NCBI GenBank assembly: GCA_048938895.1
Contig: JBHLLU010000020.1
Coordinates: 1,082 to 65,081 of the forward strand
Direction of reading: 5' to 3'
Length of the DNA stretch: 64,000 nt
Source: Promethearchaeota archaeon
GTDB taxonomy: Archaea; Asgardarchaeota; Lokiarchaeia; Sigyniarchaeales; SOKP01
In this document: one piece after another, positions 49,273 through 59,987 of the stretch
Layout of the letters: every line of letters begins with the position of its first letter
How positions within the stretch are numbered: the first letter of the stretch is position 1
Translations under genes and position numbers: made by a program
Notes under the pieces: model-generated
Told to the model about the DNA's origin: nothing
Database searches by the model: none
What the model saw: the letters and a program-made list of their open reading frames with translations, nothing else

Positions 49273-50184
49273 TTAAAGATTACAAGCCTCAACAGCATCT
49301 TCAGGCATAATCTGAATAACAGATTCTATGATGTTGTAGTTTTTTTTCAAATATTCATTAATTTTCAATGTAAATTCTTCTCGGTATTCTATGATCTTGT
49401 CATCATTTAATTTTACATGAGCGGAATAAATGAGCATATCTGGAATAATTGTCCATAGATGTACATCATATATTTGATTTATTTCTGGAAATTTAGCTTT
49501 TAAGTCATTTGTAATCATATCAATATCCATTCCCTTCGGTGCCATTTCAAGTAATATGCGAGTGGATTCTTTTAATATTCCATAAGCCCAATATAATATT
49601 ACTATTGATATACCTAAACTCACAATTGGATCAAGAATTACAAATTCAGTTGACATTATTATAAAAGCAGCGATTACAATTCCAATTGATGATGCAGCAT
49701 CAGCAATCATATGATAAAACACACTTTTGACGTTTAAACTGGAACCTTGGCTCCCTTGAAGTATCAGAATGCTAGTTATATTAACTACTAAACCAATAAA
49801 TGCCACTATTAACATGTAAAATCCAACTACATCTTGAGGATTTAAAAACCTAATTATTGATTCAAATATTATCACTCCAACAATAGGGAGAAGAAAAAGA
49901 CCATTAATAAATGCAGCAAGAACTTCTGCACGATATAAACCAAATGTTTTATGATGACAGGGTGGTTTTCGAGCGATAAAATTGGCAAGGAGACTTACTC
50001 CAATAGCGAAGCTGTGAGTAAACATATGTCCAGCATCACTGAGTAGAGCTAAGCTATTTGTAATAAATCCTCCGACAATTTCTACAAACATTACTGTAAG
50101 GGTAATTGTGAGAGATATAATCAGTTTCTTCCTCTCTACAGAGCGAAACTGAAATAGATGGTCTGAGTAAGCACTTTTTTCCAC
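49273..50184 (-). CDS. Cation diffusion facilitator (CzcD/ZitB-like Zn/Co/Cd exporter)
   Basis: SLALLSDAGHM, TFGLYRAEVLAA..NG, HMIADA, DVHLW. Confidence 0.93.
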   Translation of the reverse strand: MEKSAYSDHLFQFRSVERKKLIISLTITLTVMFVEIVGGFITNSLALLSDAGHMFTHSFAIGVSLLANFIARKPPCHHKTFGLYRAEVLAAFINGLFLLPIVGVIIFESIIRFLNPQDVVGFYMLIVAFIGLVVNITSILILQGSQGSSLNVKSVFYHMIADAASSIGIVIAAFIIMSTEFVILDPIVSLGISIVILYWAYGILKESTRILLEMAPKGMDIDMITNDLKAKFPEINQIYDVHLWTIIPDMLIYSAHVKLNDDKIIEYREEFTLKINEYLKKNYNIIESVIQIMPEDAVEACNL

Positions 50185-50205
50185 TTTTATTACCCTTAAA
50201 CTTAA

Positions 50206-51327
50206 TTATTTCTTTTCTATATTCTGTTTAGTCACGCAGTATATTGGTCCCTTATCCATAATTGCAAAACAAGAATTACAACTAATACATTTTGCTGGTG
50301 TTAAATCACCACTTTTCCAACGATTTGGCAAATTAGGCTCATATATCAATGGACGACTCATCGAAATAAAATCTGCGTTGTTATTTTCAAGAATCTGTTC
50401 AGCAGAGATTGGATTTTTTATTCCACCCACTAGTATTAATTTGGTTTTATTTATTAACGGTTTTATTTTTTTAGCAAATGGTAGAAAGTAATTTTCATCC
50501 TCGACTTTTTTAATTAGTCTACTGGGAAGAGTATTCTTTGCATAATACAACGATTCTCTTTGTCCACCACTTGGTTCAATAGCATCAAAACCGATATCAG
50601 AAAGAGTTCTTGCAATTTCAATCCCTTGTGCTTCAGTTATACTGTTAGGGATATAGTCTTGGGATTGAAACTTTATCGTAATAGGAAACTTATTTCCTAA
50701 CTGATCTCGAATTTTATCATGAATTTCCTTTAGAACTCGTGTTCTATTCTGAATACTTCCACCATATTCATCAGTTCTAATATTTGTAAAGGGGGAGATA
50801 AAATTATTTAGTAGATAACCGTGAGCACCATGAAGCTGTACTAGATCATAACCACATTCATAGGCTCTCAAACCAGCTCTCACAAATTTATCTATATAAT
50901 CATTTACTTCTTTGGTAGTTAATTCTATAGGAGTTATTCCTGTTTCTTCATATGGAATAGGTGAAGGAGCTATTGTTGGATATTTTGGATGATAACCTAG
51001 GCGCCCTGAATGTTGAATCTGTATAGCAACTTTAGTATCATCATAATCATGTATTAGTTTAGTCAATTTCTTATGACCTGACATGTGGGAATCATCATAT
51101 AAACAAACTTGGTATGGTCCACCAGAACCACCAGGATCAACCGAGGTTGCTTCTGTTATAATTAACCCTGTACCTCCTTCTGCTAATTCTTTATTGAATT
51201 TCAAAATTCTTTCTCCAATATAGCCATATTTCTCGGCCATGTGTGAGAATGTAGCAGACCTCACTACTCGGTTTTTAATTTGAACCGTTCCAATTTTGCC
51301 AGGACTAAAAAGTTTGCTTAATTCCAT
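50206..51327 (-). CDS. NADH:flavin oxidoreductase (OYE family, single barrel with C-terminal Cys motif)
   Basis: KNRVVRSAT, QLHGAHGYLL, RTDEYGGS, SRPLI.EP, CISCNSC. Confidence 0.92.
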   Translation of the reverse strand: MELSKLFSPGKIGTVQIKNRVVRSATFSHMAEKYGYIGERILKFNKELAEGGTGLIITEATSVDPGGSGGPYQVCLYDDSHMSGHKKLTKLIHDYDDTKVAIQIQHSGRLGYHPKYPTIAPSPIPYEETGITPIELTTKEVNDYIDKFVRAGLRAYECGYDLVQLHGAHGYLLNNFISPFTNIRTDEYGGSIQNRTRVLKEIHDKIRDQLGNKFPITIKFQSQDYIPNSITEAQGIEIARTLSDIGFDAIEPSGGQRESLYYAKNTLPSRLIKKVEDENYFLPFAKKIKPLINKTKLILVGGIKNPISAEQILENNNADFISMSRPLIYEPNLPNRWKSGDLTPAKCISCNSCFAIMDKGPIYCVTKQNIEKK

Positions 51328-51513
51328 TATAAATCCTCTTAAAAATTATAGGATATAATAATTATTTTTTAAAATAAATTACTCTTTAAAAAAATGGTTA
51401 TAGCTTATTAAATACAAATTGATGGTTATGGTTTATAGCAATTTTAAATCAATCTGTCTAGTGAGTTACATTATAACTTTAGTTAAAAAAAAAATTTAAT
51501 TTAATCATATTTT

Positions 51514-52254
51514 CTATCTCGCAAACTTTTTTTTGTAAACAACATATATCATAGCCGATATTGTGATTCCGAAGTATAGAAGATAGGAATTCCCAAGAGG
51601 AATTGAAGATCCTGATCTTGTTTTATCTAAGACTAATAAATATTCAATATTGTCCAGAGAACCTTCATATATAGTAAGCGTTTCAGTTATGAAGTTTTCA
51701 TTAAATTCCCAAACACAAGCAATACTTGTTGTAGAATTAAAAGCTACAATTGTAAATATTCCTTCTTGAAATCCATAACCATATACATTGAAGCCGAAAT
51801 TGTCGTATAGGTCACCCCATAATCCCTCTGCACATCCGTTATAATAATTTGTTGGTAAGAAAAAACCATGTTGATAAAATGGATCATAGAAAAAAGTATT
51901 GTTATTATCTAGTCTGTAACTCATAAAAGTCTCGTTGTTTAATATATCTGTAGTTATTTTAGTTTCACTATTATATATCGAAAAATCGGCTCTAATGCGA
52001 TCTCTTATTTCTCCTGGTAAAAAAGATGCATTTTCGATTGAAGTTATCGTTAATTCAAATTTAGAACCTATTGGGAGGAAACCCTTACTTTCATTTGATT
52101 CAGACACCACCCATGTAATTTTATCTCCCTCTTTTATACCCCATTCAAAATTAGCAGCAGAAAGTTTAGGAGCACCTTTACAAACTGAAATAAATGCAAA
52201 ACCACTTACGAAAAAAAAGAGTAATAAACAGATTTGAATTTTCTTACTATTCAT
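51514..52254 (-). CDS. Secreted/surface protein with a C-terminal sorting-type TM anchor
   Basis: N-terminal signal peptide; ends SIPLGN + hydrophobic helix + KKK, resembling the IPG-type C-terminal anchors of Loki surface proteins. Confidence 0.7.
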   Translation of the reverse strand: MNSKKIQICLLLFFFVSGFAFISVCKGAPKLSAANFEWGIKEGDKITWVVSESNESKGFLPIGSKFELTITSIENASFLPGEIRDRIRADFSIYNSETKITTDILNNETFMSYRLDNNNTFFYDPFYQHGFFLPTNYYNGCAEGLWGDLYDNFGFNVYGYGFQEGIFTIVAFNSTTSIACVWEFNENFITETLTIYEGSLDNIEYLLVLDKTRSGSSIPLGNSYLLYFGITISAMIYVVYKKKFAR

Positions 52255-52453
52255 TGTTTTGGATTTAATTTGTTTTAATTACTTTTTATTTATACTCAAG
52301 TTATATATTAATTGTTCTATCCCATGTAGAGATTTTACAAAAAAGTCGAAGCAAGGTTATTCAATGATATTGAGATCTGTAACACTAACATTTACTCTAT
52401 ACCTTGGTAAAATTCAATAATATAAGAACTGATAGGAGGTAGATTTTAGATTA

Positions 52454-52855
52454 TTATGCTTTAGATTTTTCGAGCAATTGTTTTAATGCTGTATAATTTA
52501 CTACACCAACAATTTTTCTTAAAAGTTGTCCATTTTTAAGGAATAGTGTCGTTGGGATTGAAGAGACACCATATCTTTGTGCTAACATAGGATTTTCATC
52601 AACATTGATTTTCACAAAAATGAAATCTTGATAATATTCTTGTTGGATTTTTTCAAAGATAGGAGCATACATTTTGCAGGGGGAACACCAGACTGCCCAC
52701 ATATCACAAATAATGATTTTATCATTAAATTCCTGCGATAACTTACTTAAATGGTCCTTAGATGTTATGTTCACTATTTGCTTGGGCATTGATTGAAGTT
52801 TCATCAACATTTCTACTTTTCTTTGCCTAATTTTTTCTAATTCATTATCAGACAT
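52454..52855 (-). CDS. trxA: Thioredoxin with archaeal N-terminal helical extension
   Basis: WAVWCSPC, KINVDEN, SIPT; N-terminal DNELEKIRQRK. Confidence 0.9.
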   Translation of the reverse strand: MSDNELEKIRQRKVEMLMKLQSMPKQIVNITSKDHLSKLSQEFNDKIIICDMWAVWCSPCKMYAPIFEKIQQEYYQDFIFVKINVDENPMLAQRYGVSSIPTTLFLKNGQLLRKIVGVVNYTALKQLLEKSKA

Positions 52856-53084
52856 GTTCCTACTTTAAATGTTTGTACAAAATTGAAATCTTCTTTATTA
52901 ATTGAAATAAGAAATTTTATTTAAACATCTGGATTCTGAACAAAAATTCCTAACATAAGAACGAATTTTAAAAAAAATATATAAATGAAAAACTCTAGGA
53001 GAGATATCATTTTAAATTAAATTAGATTAAGAATTAATATGACTTTTTCTGCAAATTTAATTCATTTTAAGAGAAGGGAATTAT

Positions 53085-53933
53085 TTGAAAGTACAGAGCA
53101 TCAATAATAAGAATTTGGATTATATAAGCTATATATGTCTTGATCCTAGTGTAGATAAGCAGACCAGAGCACTTATGGAGGATAGTATGAAGGAACGACT
53201 TAATTGGATTAAAAATATGTTTGAAAAAAAGCTTGAAATCCTTATAGCTCTAGAAGAACCGAAAAAAGAAACTATTCATTATAAATGGGTTGGAAAAATG
53301 CTGCATTCAGATTTGGCTGTGCATAATAATGTACCAATGGGCCTCATTGAATACATGCCGATTGAATCTACACTCGAACCAGTTGAAGGAAAGGATTCAT
53401 TATTTATTCACTGTATGTGGATACTCCCACCATTTTGGAATTATGGTGTAGGGGGGGCTCTGATAAATAAATTTATAAATAAAGCTAAAAAATTAGGAGG
53501 GGCAGCAGTAATTGCATATGATGGTGATAAATGGTTTGGAACTTCAATTAGATATATGCCCTCAAGTTTTTTCCAAAGATACAAGTTTAAAGAAGTTGAT
53601 AGAGATGGAACTCGTGTATTGTTATACCTTGATCTTGGAGCAAATTTACCACCACAATTCATTCTACCAGTCACTGAACAATATTCTGAGGAAGAAAAGA
53701 TAAGTTTAGAAGTCTTTTTTAATAGTCAATGTCCTTGGTCTAGATTTATGATTAATTCGATAAAGAAGGAAATAGTTAATGATCCTAGGATAATTGCAAA
53801 ATTCATAAATACTCAAGATCGTGCAACGATTAAGAAATATGGAATTTCAAGAGGAATTAGAATAAATGGAAGACCAACTATTAACAGAATGGCGACTTGG
53901 GACGAAATTAAAAAAGAATTAGATAAAATCTAG
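53085..53933 (+). CDS. GNAT acetyltransferase fused to a thioredoxin-like (YoaP-like) domain
   Basis: IHCMWI..F.NYGVGGAL; C-terminal SQCPW, GISRGIRING. Confidence 0.7.
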   Translation: MKVQSINNKNLDYISYICLDPSVDKQTRALMEDSMKERLNWIKNMFEKKLEILIALEEPKKETIHYKWVGKMLHSDLAVHNNVPMGLIEYMPIESTLEPVEGKDSLFIHCMWILPPFWNYGVGGALINKFINKAKKLGGAAVIAYDGDKWFGTSIRYMPSSFFQRYKFKEVDRDGTRVLLYLDLGANLPPQFILPVTEQYSEEEKISLEVFFNSQCPWSRFMINSIKKEIVNDPRIIAKFINTQDRATIKKYGISRGIRINGRPTINRMATWDEIKKELDKI

Positions 53934-54023
53934 TTTGGTTTAAAGACTTTCAGTGATTATTAGCCATATTTATATGACTAAAATACCTTAATTTAATTTA
54001 AGACACTTAATATCATCGAGCCT

Positions 54024-54782
54024 ATGAAAATTCACTCACTATTTATTCTGAAAAAAACGGGAGTATGCATCTATAATCGCAATTTTACAAATGATTTTGA
54101 GAATATTGAAGTAAATCTAATAACACCCTTTTTTTCAGCTATTTTCTCATTTTCTGAAAATGTAATTTCAAAAAAAACACCTGAAATACTTGAGATGGGT
54201 GAACTGAGGTTTGTGTTCGCTGTGAGGGAAGATTTTATTTTTAGTATATTATCCGATTCAAGTGCTAGCATTATTTTTGTAAGTTCGCGTTTATCGAGAA
54301 TAGCAGATGAATTTTTTGAATTATTCCCAGATACTAGTTTAGTTAAGGATTACCAACAAATTGAAGAGCCAAAATTTGATGAATTAGTTGATACGATAAT
54401 AACCGGTGAAGAAGAGATCTACATGAGTAAGACCTTTTATAAGAAAGTGATTGATGTATTTAAAGAATTGATGTATGAGAATGAAATTATTGGTGCGGCT
54501 CTTCTTTCTACTAAAGGAAATGTAATATATACTTCACTTCCAAATGAAATATTAGTGAATTCATTAAAAGAACTAGAAATTAGGTTCATGGTTGGAGCAG
54601 TTGTTCTCCCTGAAATGTATTCCCGATTAGAAAACGGGCAAAAAGTTGTCTCTAAAATAATTGACATTCCCTGGAAACTTGATCCTTTATTAATTGTAGT
54701 TCTCTATGAAAGTACTGTACCTTTAGGAATGGCTGAAGTAAACCTTGACAGAATTGCGAATAAGATCATTAATATTATATAA
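54024..54782 (+). CDS. Longin + Roadblock/LC7-like two-domain protein
   Basis: N-terminal IHSLFILKKTGVCIYNRNF...LITPFFSAIFSF (longin-like); C-terminal IIGAALLSTKGNVIYTSLP (roadblock-like). Confidence 0.7.
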   Translation: MKIHSLFILKKTGVCIYNRNFTNDFENIEVNLITPFFSAIFSFSENVISKKTPEILEMGELRFVFAVREDFIFSILSDSSASIIFVSSRLSRIADEFFELFPDTSLVKDYQQIEEPKFDELVDTIITGEEEIYMSKTFYKKVIDVFKELMYENEIIGAALLSTKGNVIYTSLPNEILVNSLKELEIRFMVGAVVLPEMYSRLENGQKVVSKIIDIPWKLDPLLIVVLYESTVPLGMAEVNLDRIANKIINII

Positions 54783-54795
54783 ACGATACTATGAT

Positions 54796-55329
54796 CTATT
54801 TTGTTTTTAATATCAGTCTTGGAGCTTTAACATAAAGCATGAATTGTAGTAACCCAAAAGAGATCAAAATGATAAGCACCCCAATAATTAAATAATAATC
54901 TGCGATTTTTTTATTATACACATATCTCGAAGCCTGGTACACTAGTATAAATCCAAAAGAAAATAGAATTATAAGAATCGAGGCTACTATGCTTTCAATC
55001 ACAAATGCATCATGAATACTCCTCTCATATATAAAAACTGGATTTCCATCTTTGTCTGCACCCACTGAGGGAGGATCTATAACTATTAAGTATACAATAC
55101 CTGTTTGGAGTAGAAATAGAATAGAAAATACAATTATAATCAGGAATGATCTTGATGGTGTTGGTAAAGATAACTTCAAAGACTTGAATTTCGGGAAAAT
55201 TACTTTAGGCCTTCTAAGTTTTTTTCCAAATATCCATGGTGTATTTTTTTTAATTTTTTCTAAGACAGTTTCAGAACCAGAAATTTCTTGCTTATCATTT
55301 CTTCTTTTCGATTTTTCTTGTTTTTGCAA
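54796..55329 (-). CDS. OSTC/DC2 (OST3/OST6 family) oligosaccharyltransferase subunit homolog
   Basis: FLLQTGIVYLIVIDPPSVG...PVFI...FVIESIVAS resembles eukaryotic OSTC FLITGGIIYDVIVEPPSVG...PVAF...YIMEGLAS; three TM helices. Confidence 0.8.
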   Translation of the reverse strand: MQKQEKSKRRNDKQEISGSETVLEKIKKNTPWIFGKKLRRPKVIFPKFKSLKLSLPTPSRSFLIIIVFSILFLLQTGIVYLIVIDPPSVGADKDGNPVFIYERSIHDAFVIESIVASILIILFSFGFILVYQASRYVYNKKIADYYLIIGVLIILISFGLLQFMLYVKAPRLILKTK

Positions 55330-55649
55330 TTAGTTAACCTGAAAATTATATAACTTCTTTTTAGCTTAAAAACTACATATTATTTCTTTCGTTCGTTCTA
55401 TTTAAGTTCACCAATCATAAATCTGAATCTTTTATAGAATTCTGCTAGAAAAAGAATGTGAAATTATATTTAGACATGAATCAAAAACTAAGTGTTCAAT
55501 TTATTTATTGATGCATTTTTATACAGGAAAAACAGAAGAATTATTAACTAACTAAATTTTCTGACAAAAAATTAAACAGATAAATAGATTTATAATCAAA
55601 GTTAAACAATTAAATAAAAAATCCATTTTGAAAGATAAAATTATTTGAA

Positions 55650-56705
55650 TTGTCAAGTATGAAAAAACGATTAAGAAATAATCTAGTAATTCTATTGTTG
55701 ATAAATATAAGTTTTCTTTCCCTTCTTTATTATATTAGCTCTATTCGTTTTGAAACTAAGAAAGATAATCCTGAAGACTCTAACTCAACCTATTATTTGT
55801 TTCTTAATCAACATTTTTCAAGGAATTCAATCGAATTATTTAGCATCGATTCAACAGACAATTCTCATTTTATAGAAATTAGCCGTTTTATCGAAGAACT
55901 TTTACAAGACCATGAAGAAACCTTTTATATACTATGTCTAACGGGGACAGTTATCTCTGTTGAATTTCTCTTGTTCGACAAATATATATCAAAAAATCAC
56001 ATTCTTGGAAAGAAGGATTTATTAAAAATAGTCGGAGTAAATGTTACTGAAGAAGAATTTAGAATTTTTAACTTGATCCAAGAATATCTTAACTGTAATA
56101 GAGTTTTTAATAAAGAAAAAGTAGCTTTATACATTAAATCACGGAATAAAGTAAACGGAAATTTAAACTTCAACGGGATAACAACTGTTATTGAGTCTCT
56201 GATAAAAAAGAAAATTATCAGCGAAGGATCAAAACTAACTCGAAAGACAGTTTTAAAAAATGCAAATAGAGCACAATTATACAAATTTATAAAGGAAAAT
56301 CCAGGAATCTATAAGAATCCACTAGCCAAAATGCTCAATGTTTGCCCTTTTGTAATTAAGTGGCATTTATCAATGTTATTGGAATTTGGTTTAATACGAG
56401 AACGAAGTATTAAAGGGCGTATCAGTTACTTTGATTCATTTCTTAGTTCGGAAAAAGATTTAGTATTTTACACTATCTCCCAAGAAAAATGTGATAAGAT
56501 CATTGAGTTTCTAACGGTAAATAATAAAGGATTTACAAAAAGTCAACTCTCTAAGGCACTTCATATGCATTATAACACAGTAACAAAGTACTTGAACGAA
56601 ATTGAAAAATTTGGGCTATTAACAAAAAAGAATCTCAACAATAACAAAGAATTAATATATCTAAAAGTAGAAATTCTTAATCATTTAAAACAGAAATCAA
56701 TGTAA
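55650..56705 (+). CDS. Membrane-associated multi-winged-helix transcriptional regulator
   Basis: N-terminal TM; VLKNANRAQLYKFIKENPGIY...WHLSML and KSQLSKALHMHYNTVTKYL wHTH motifs. Confidence 0.7.
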   Translation: MSSMKKRLRNNLVILLLINISFLSLLYYISSIRFETKKDNPEDSNSTYYLFLNQHFSRNSIELFSIDSTDNSHFIEISRFIEELLQDHEETFYILCLTGTVISVEFLLFDKYISKNHILGKKDLLKIVGVNVTEEEFRIFNLIQEYLNCNRVFNKEKVALYIKSRNKVNGNLNFNGITTVIESLIKKKIISEGSKLTRKTVLKNANRAQLYKFIKENPGIYKNPLAKMLNVCPFVIKWHLSMLLEFGLIRERSIKGRISYFDSFLSSEKDLVFYTISQEKCDKIIEFLTVNNKGFTKSQLSKALHMHYNTVTKYLNEIEKFGLLTKKNLNNNKELIYLKVEILNHLKQKSM

Positions 56706-56919
56706 AGTTGAAGAATTGAAAAAACAAACTTAATTTTTTTAATATTATTTTAGCACTCCCAAATTTATTTTTATGCGAGTCTATTATCAAGACATACCGT
56801 TCGATATGCATCTTTAGTATTTAACCTTTATTGAGTAATTAGGTTCATAATTATAAAAATTAAAAACGTACAAATCATTTTTTTATATAATTTTACATAA
56901 GAATTGGTATCACCTAATT

Positions 56920-58188
56920 ATGCATGATATTATTATTATAGGTGCTGGAGTATCTGGAGCAAATTTTGCTGCCAAAGCATCAAACTATGCTAAATCATTG
57001 TTAATTGAAGCACAAGACTATCAGAAAGAGATTCCTATCAGAACAAACATATTTCCAGAACATAATAAACCATTCATTCAAAATGCATTAGATTGGGATG
57101 ATAAATCAATATTCCCCGAAGCACATACTACTTCAAATTATATGAGTGATGAATTCAATGGCGTGATTGATTCAAAAGAATTTGGGATCCCTCTAGGGAA
57201 CATAAGCTATACAGAAAATCTTATAGCTGAATTAATTAAAACTTTTGAACAAAATGGTGGAATATTTGCTTCTAATGAAAAGATCGCAAATGTTCATAAG
57301 CATGGCGATCACTTGGAACTAATTAATTCTAAAGGTGAATCTTATAAAACAAAATTACTAATTATTTCCACAGGATCGCGAGGATTTGAGTTGCAACGAT
57401 CACTCGGATTTAGTGTTCCAGATTCTTATACTGGTGTTTATCTCCATTTATTTGGGGATGAGAGTAAAATTAGGGAGAATTTAAGATGGAATTATACCTT
57501 CCATATAAATCCAAAGATTTCAACTAATGGACCTTTTTTCTTTAATAGAGGGATAGAAAGAGTCTCAGCCGGTTATTTAGGAGAAAAAGGTCAATCGAAA
57601 GAAGAGATCTTATCAAAATTAGAAAGAATATTAAAAAATTATAAACCTATTCAACCATTCATCGAAGGGTTATCTTACAATTTATCTGACTCGGTTATAG
57701 GTGAAATCTCAAAACACCCCATTAAGAGTTTTTCAAATGATAGAGTACTCATTCTTGGAGAAGCTGCAGGATTAGTCACAGCTTGTTTTTATGAAGGATT
57801 GCTATCAGGAGTAGCATGTGCAGATATCGCCTCTAAAACTGTTAGACCCCTCTTTGAAAGTGGGAGTGATTTTAGTGGTACTGAACTACAAAAATATGAT
57901 AGGGAAGTTAAGCGAATACTTTTTCCCTATTTCAAAAATGGAAATGCTCTGGAATACCTAATATATAATGATAGCTCGTATGTAAAAACTCTTTGGAGGT
58001 TGTATACAAAACTTTTAAAGGAAAACAAGACTTGCAGAAAATATATATACGAAGCTTATATCAACCACGATCTTTCAAAACATAATACAAGCAATGATAA
58101 ATATGTCGGAGAAAAATGGTTTGGTATGCTCCCGGCTCTCTCAAAGGTAACTTTAAGTCCAAAATTCTTTAGAGCTATGCTAATGTAA
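56920..58188 (+). CDS. Geranylgeranyl-reductase-like FAD/NAD(P)-dependent oxidoreductase
   Basis: DIIIIGAGVSG; LGEAAGLVT..FYEG. Confidence 0.7.
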   Translation: MHDIIIIGAGVSGANFAAKASNYAKSLLIEAQDYQKEIPIRTNIFPEHNKPFIQNALDWDDKSIFPEAHTTSNYMSDEFNGVIDSKEFGIPLGNISYTENLIAELIKTFEQNGGIFASNEKIANVHKHGDHLELINSKGESYKTKLLIISTGSRGFELQRSLGFSVPDSYTGVYLHLFGDESKIRENLRWNYTFHINPKISTNGPFFFNRGIERVSAGYLGEKGQSKEEILSKLERILKNYKPIQPFIEGLSYNLSDSVIGEISKHPIKSFSNDRVLILGEAAGLVTACFYEGLLSGVACADIASKTVRPLFESGSDFSGTELQKYDREVKRILFPYFKNGNALEYLIYNDSSYVKTLWRLYTKLLKENKTCRKYIYEAYINHDLSKHNTSNDKYVGEKWFGMLPALSKVTLSPKFFRAMLM

Positions 58189-58255
58189 ACATTTTATATT
58201 AGAAATATAGATTATAGAAGAAAAAGTAAAATAAATAAGATTATCAATAAATTAA

Positions 58256-58441
58256 TTATTCATATGTTAATAATGGGCACATAACTTTCCTATTCATTCG
58301 AATATCTTTAAGTCTTTTGCCAGTTTCAACACTTTTTTTTAATTCACAATTGGTACAATTCCAATCGTATTTGGTTCTATCTTCAGTAAAAATCACACCA
58401 TTGTCAAAATTATGTTTGACACCACATGGAAATCGGTTCAT
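58256..58441 (-). CDS. Small Cys-containing (possibly Zn-binding) protein, 61 aa
   Basis: Strong SD AGGTGGAG just before ATG; PCG, CTNC, CPL. Confidence 0.65.
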   Translation of the reverse strand: MNRFPCGVKHNFDNGVIFTEDRTKYDWNCTNCELKKSVETGKRLKDIRMNRKVMCPLLTYE

Positions 58442-58792
58442 TGCTCCACCTTTTATTTTATATACAATTTTTAATACTTTCTTGTTAACTCTAAACTTTT
58501 TTCATTTTTTTTTTTTCTATATAAAAAATTAGTAATGGAGGTATATAAACTTACCCCTTATATTCCCACTGATAAGCACTGCATTACGACAAAATACAGG
58601 GCTGTAAAAATATTGATAAAAGTGAACAAAGTTTATCTAACTAATACATACCTATAAATCTGTTCAATCTATATTGATCTTGAATATAAAGTTTGGTTTT
58701 TAAATTGAACATTATTTAGATCTATTTAAAAAACAATAATAATCCTTAAAAAAAATATAAATTCAATCAAAACTAATTAATGTTGATCCAAT

Positions 58793-59956
58793 ATGTCAGA
58801 ACAAGATTTAGTTCCTGAATCAGAGATAGAGATATATAGAGAATTACAACAGCACCTTCATACACTACCTGTTGGATATCCTGCAACAAAATCGGGGGTA
58901 GAACTACGCTTATTAAAACGAGTTTTCACTCCTGATGAAGCCAAAATTGCAACCTATCTCACATTTTCTTATGATAATTTAGACTCAATAGAAGACATTT
59001 TCGAGCGTGCGAAAGAATTAGGGTATACGAAGGAGGAATTAAAAATTCATTTAGATAGAATGGTTAATAAAGGAGCAATTCAGGCAAAAAAGAAAGGGGA
59101 CAAAAAATTTTATAGTTTAGCCATGTTTATGATTGGGACATTTGAGTATCAAGTTAATAAGTTAACTAAAGATTACGTGGAAGACATGCATAAATATATG
59201 ATGGAAGGATTTATGATGGAGGCGGGGAGCACTCAAATTGGCCAGCTTCGTGTTGTACCTGTTGAACAAAGTGTTACACCTTCATTAAATATTGCTAATT
59301 ATGAGGATTTAAGTGTATTATTAGATACAATTGGTGGTCCGTTTGTATCTGTTAATTGTGTATGCAGACAAGGAATGGATTTAATAGGAAAATCCTGTAA
59401 AAATACTACACGAAGGGATGTTTGTATGGGTATTGGTGATTTCGCGCAGATGTATATTGACGAAGGATGGGGTAAAGAAATATCAAAAGAGACAGCCTTA
59501 GAAATTCTGAAAAAGAATCAAGAGGAGGGAATGATAATTCAGCCAGGAAATGCTCAGAAACCAGATTTCATTTGTTCCTGTTGTACATGTTGTTGTGAGG
59601 GGTTACAAGGAATTAAAATGCTTCCTAATCCTGCTGATTTTGTTACAACAAATTATTTTGCTGAAGTAGATCCAGAATTCTGTGATGCTTGCGAAACTTG
59701 TATTGACATCTGTCAAATGGATGCAATTACTATGACTAATGGAACATCGTCAGTTAATAAACAACGGTGTATCGGATGTGGTAATTGCGTAGCAAAATGT
59801 CCCTCAGAAGCATTAAGCCTGCAAAAGAAAGATCAAGTTATGATCCCTCCTGAAACTGAAGCAGATTTATACAATACAATTTGGGATCGAAAAAAAGTCC
59901 TATTAGAACGAGAAAGGAAGAGACAATTAAGAAGAGAAAAGAAAATGACAAACTAA
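58793..59956 (+). CDS. Multi-Fe-S protein (N-terminal wHTH-like domain, Cys-rich middle, C-terminal 2x[4Fe-4S] ferredoxin)
   Basis: NCVCRQ, ICSCCTCCC, CDACETCIDICQ, CIGCGNCVAKCP. Confidence 0.88.
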   Translation: MSEQDLVPESEIEIYRELQQHLHTLPVGYPATKSGVELRLLKRVFTPDEAKIATYLTFSYDNLDSIEDIFERAKELGYTKEELKIHLDRMVNKGAIQAKKKGDKKFYSLAMFMIGTFEYQVNKLTKDYVEDMHKYMMEGFMMEAGSTQIGQLRVVPVEQSVTPSLNIANYEDLSVLLDTIGGPFVSVNCVCRQGMDLIGKSCKNTTRRDVCMGIGDFAQMYIDEGWGKEISKETALEILKKNQEEGMIIQPGNAQKPDFICSCCTCCCEGLQGIKMLPNPADFVTTNYFAEVDPEFCDACETCIDICQMDAITMTNGTSSVNKQRCIGCGNCVAKCPSEALSLQKKDQVMIPPETEADLYNTIWDRKKVLLERERKRQLRREKKMTN

Positions 59957-59987
59957 TATTCAATAACTCATTCTTTTTTTTTAATAC

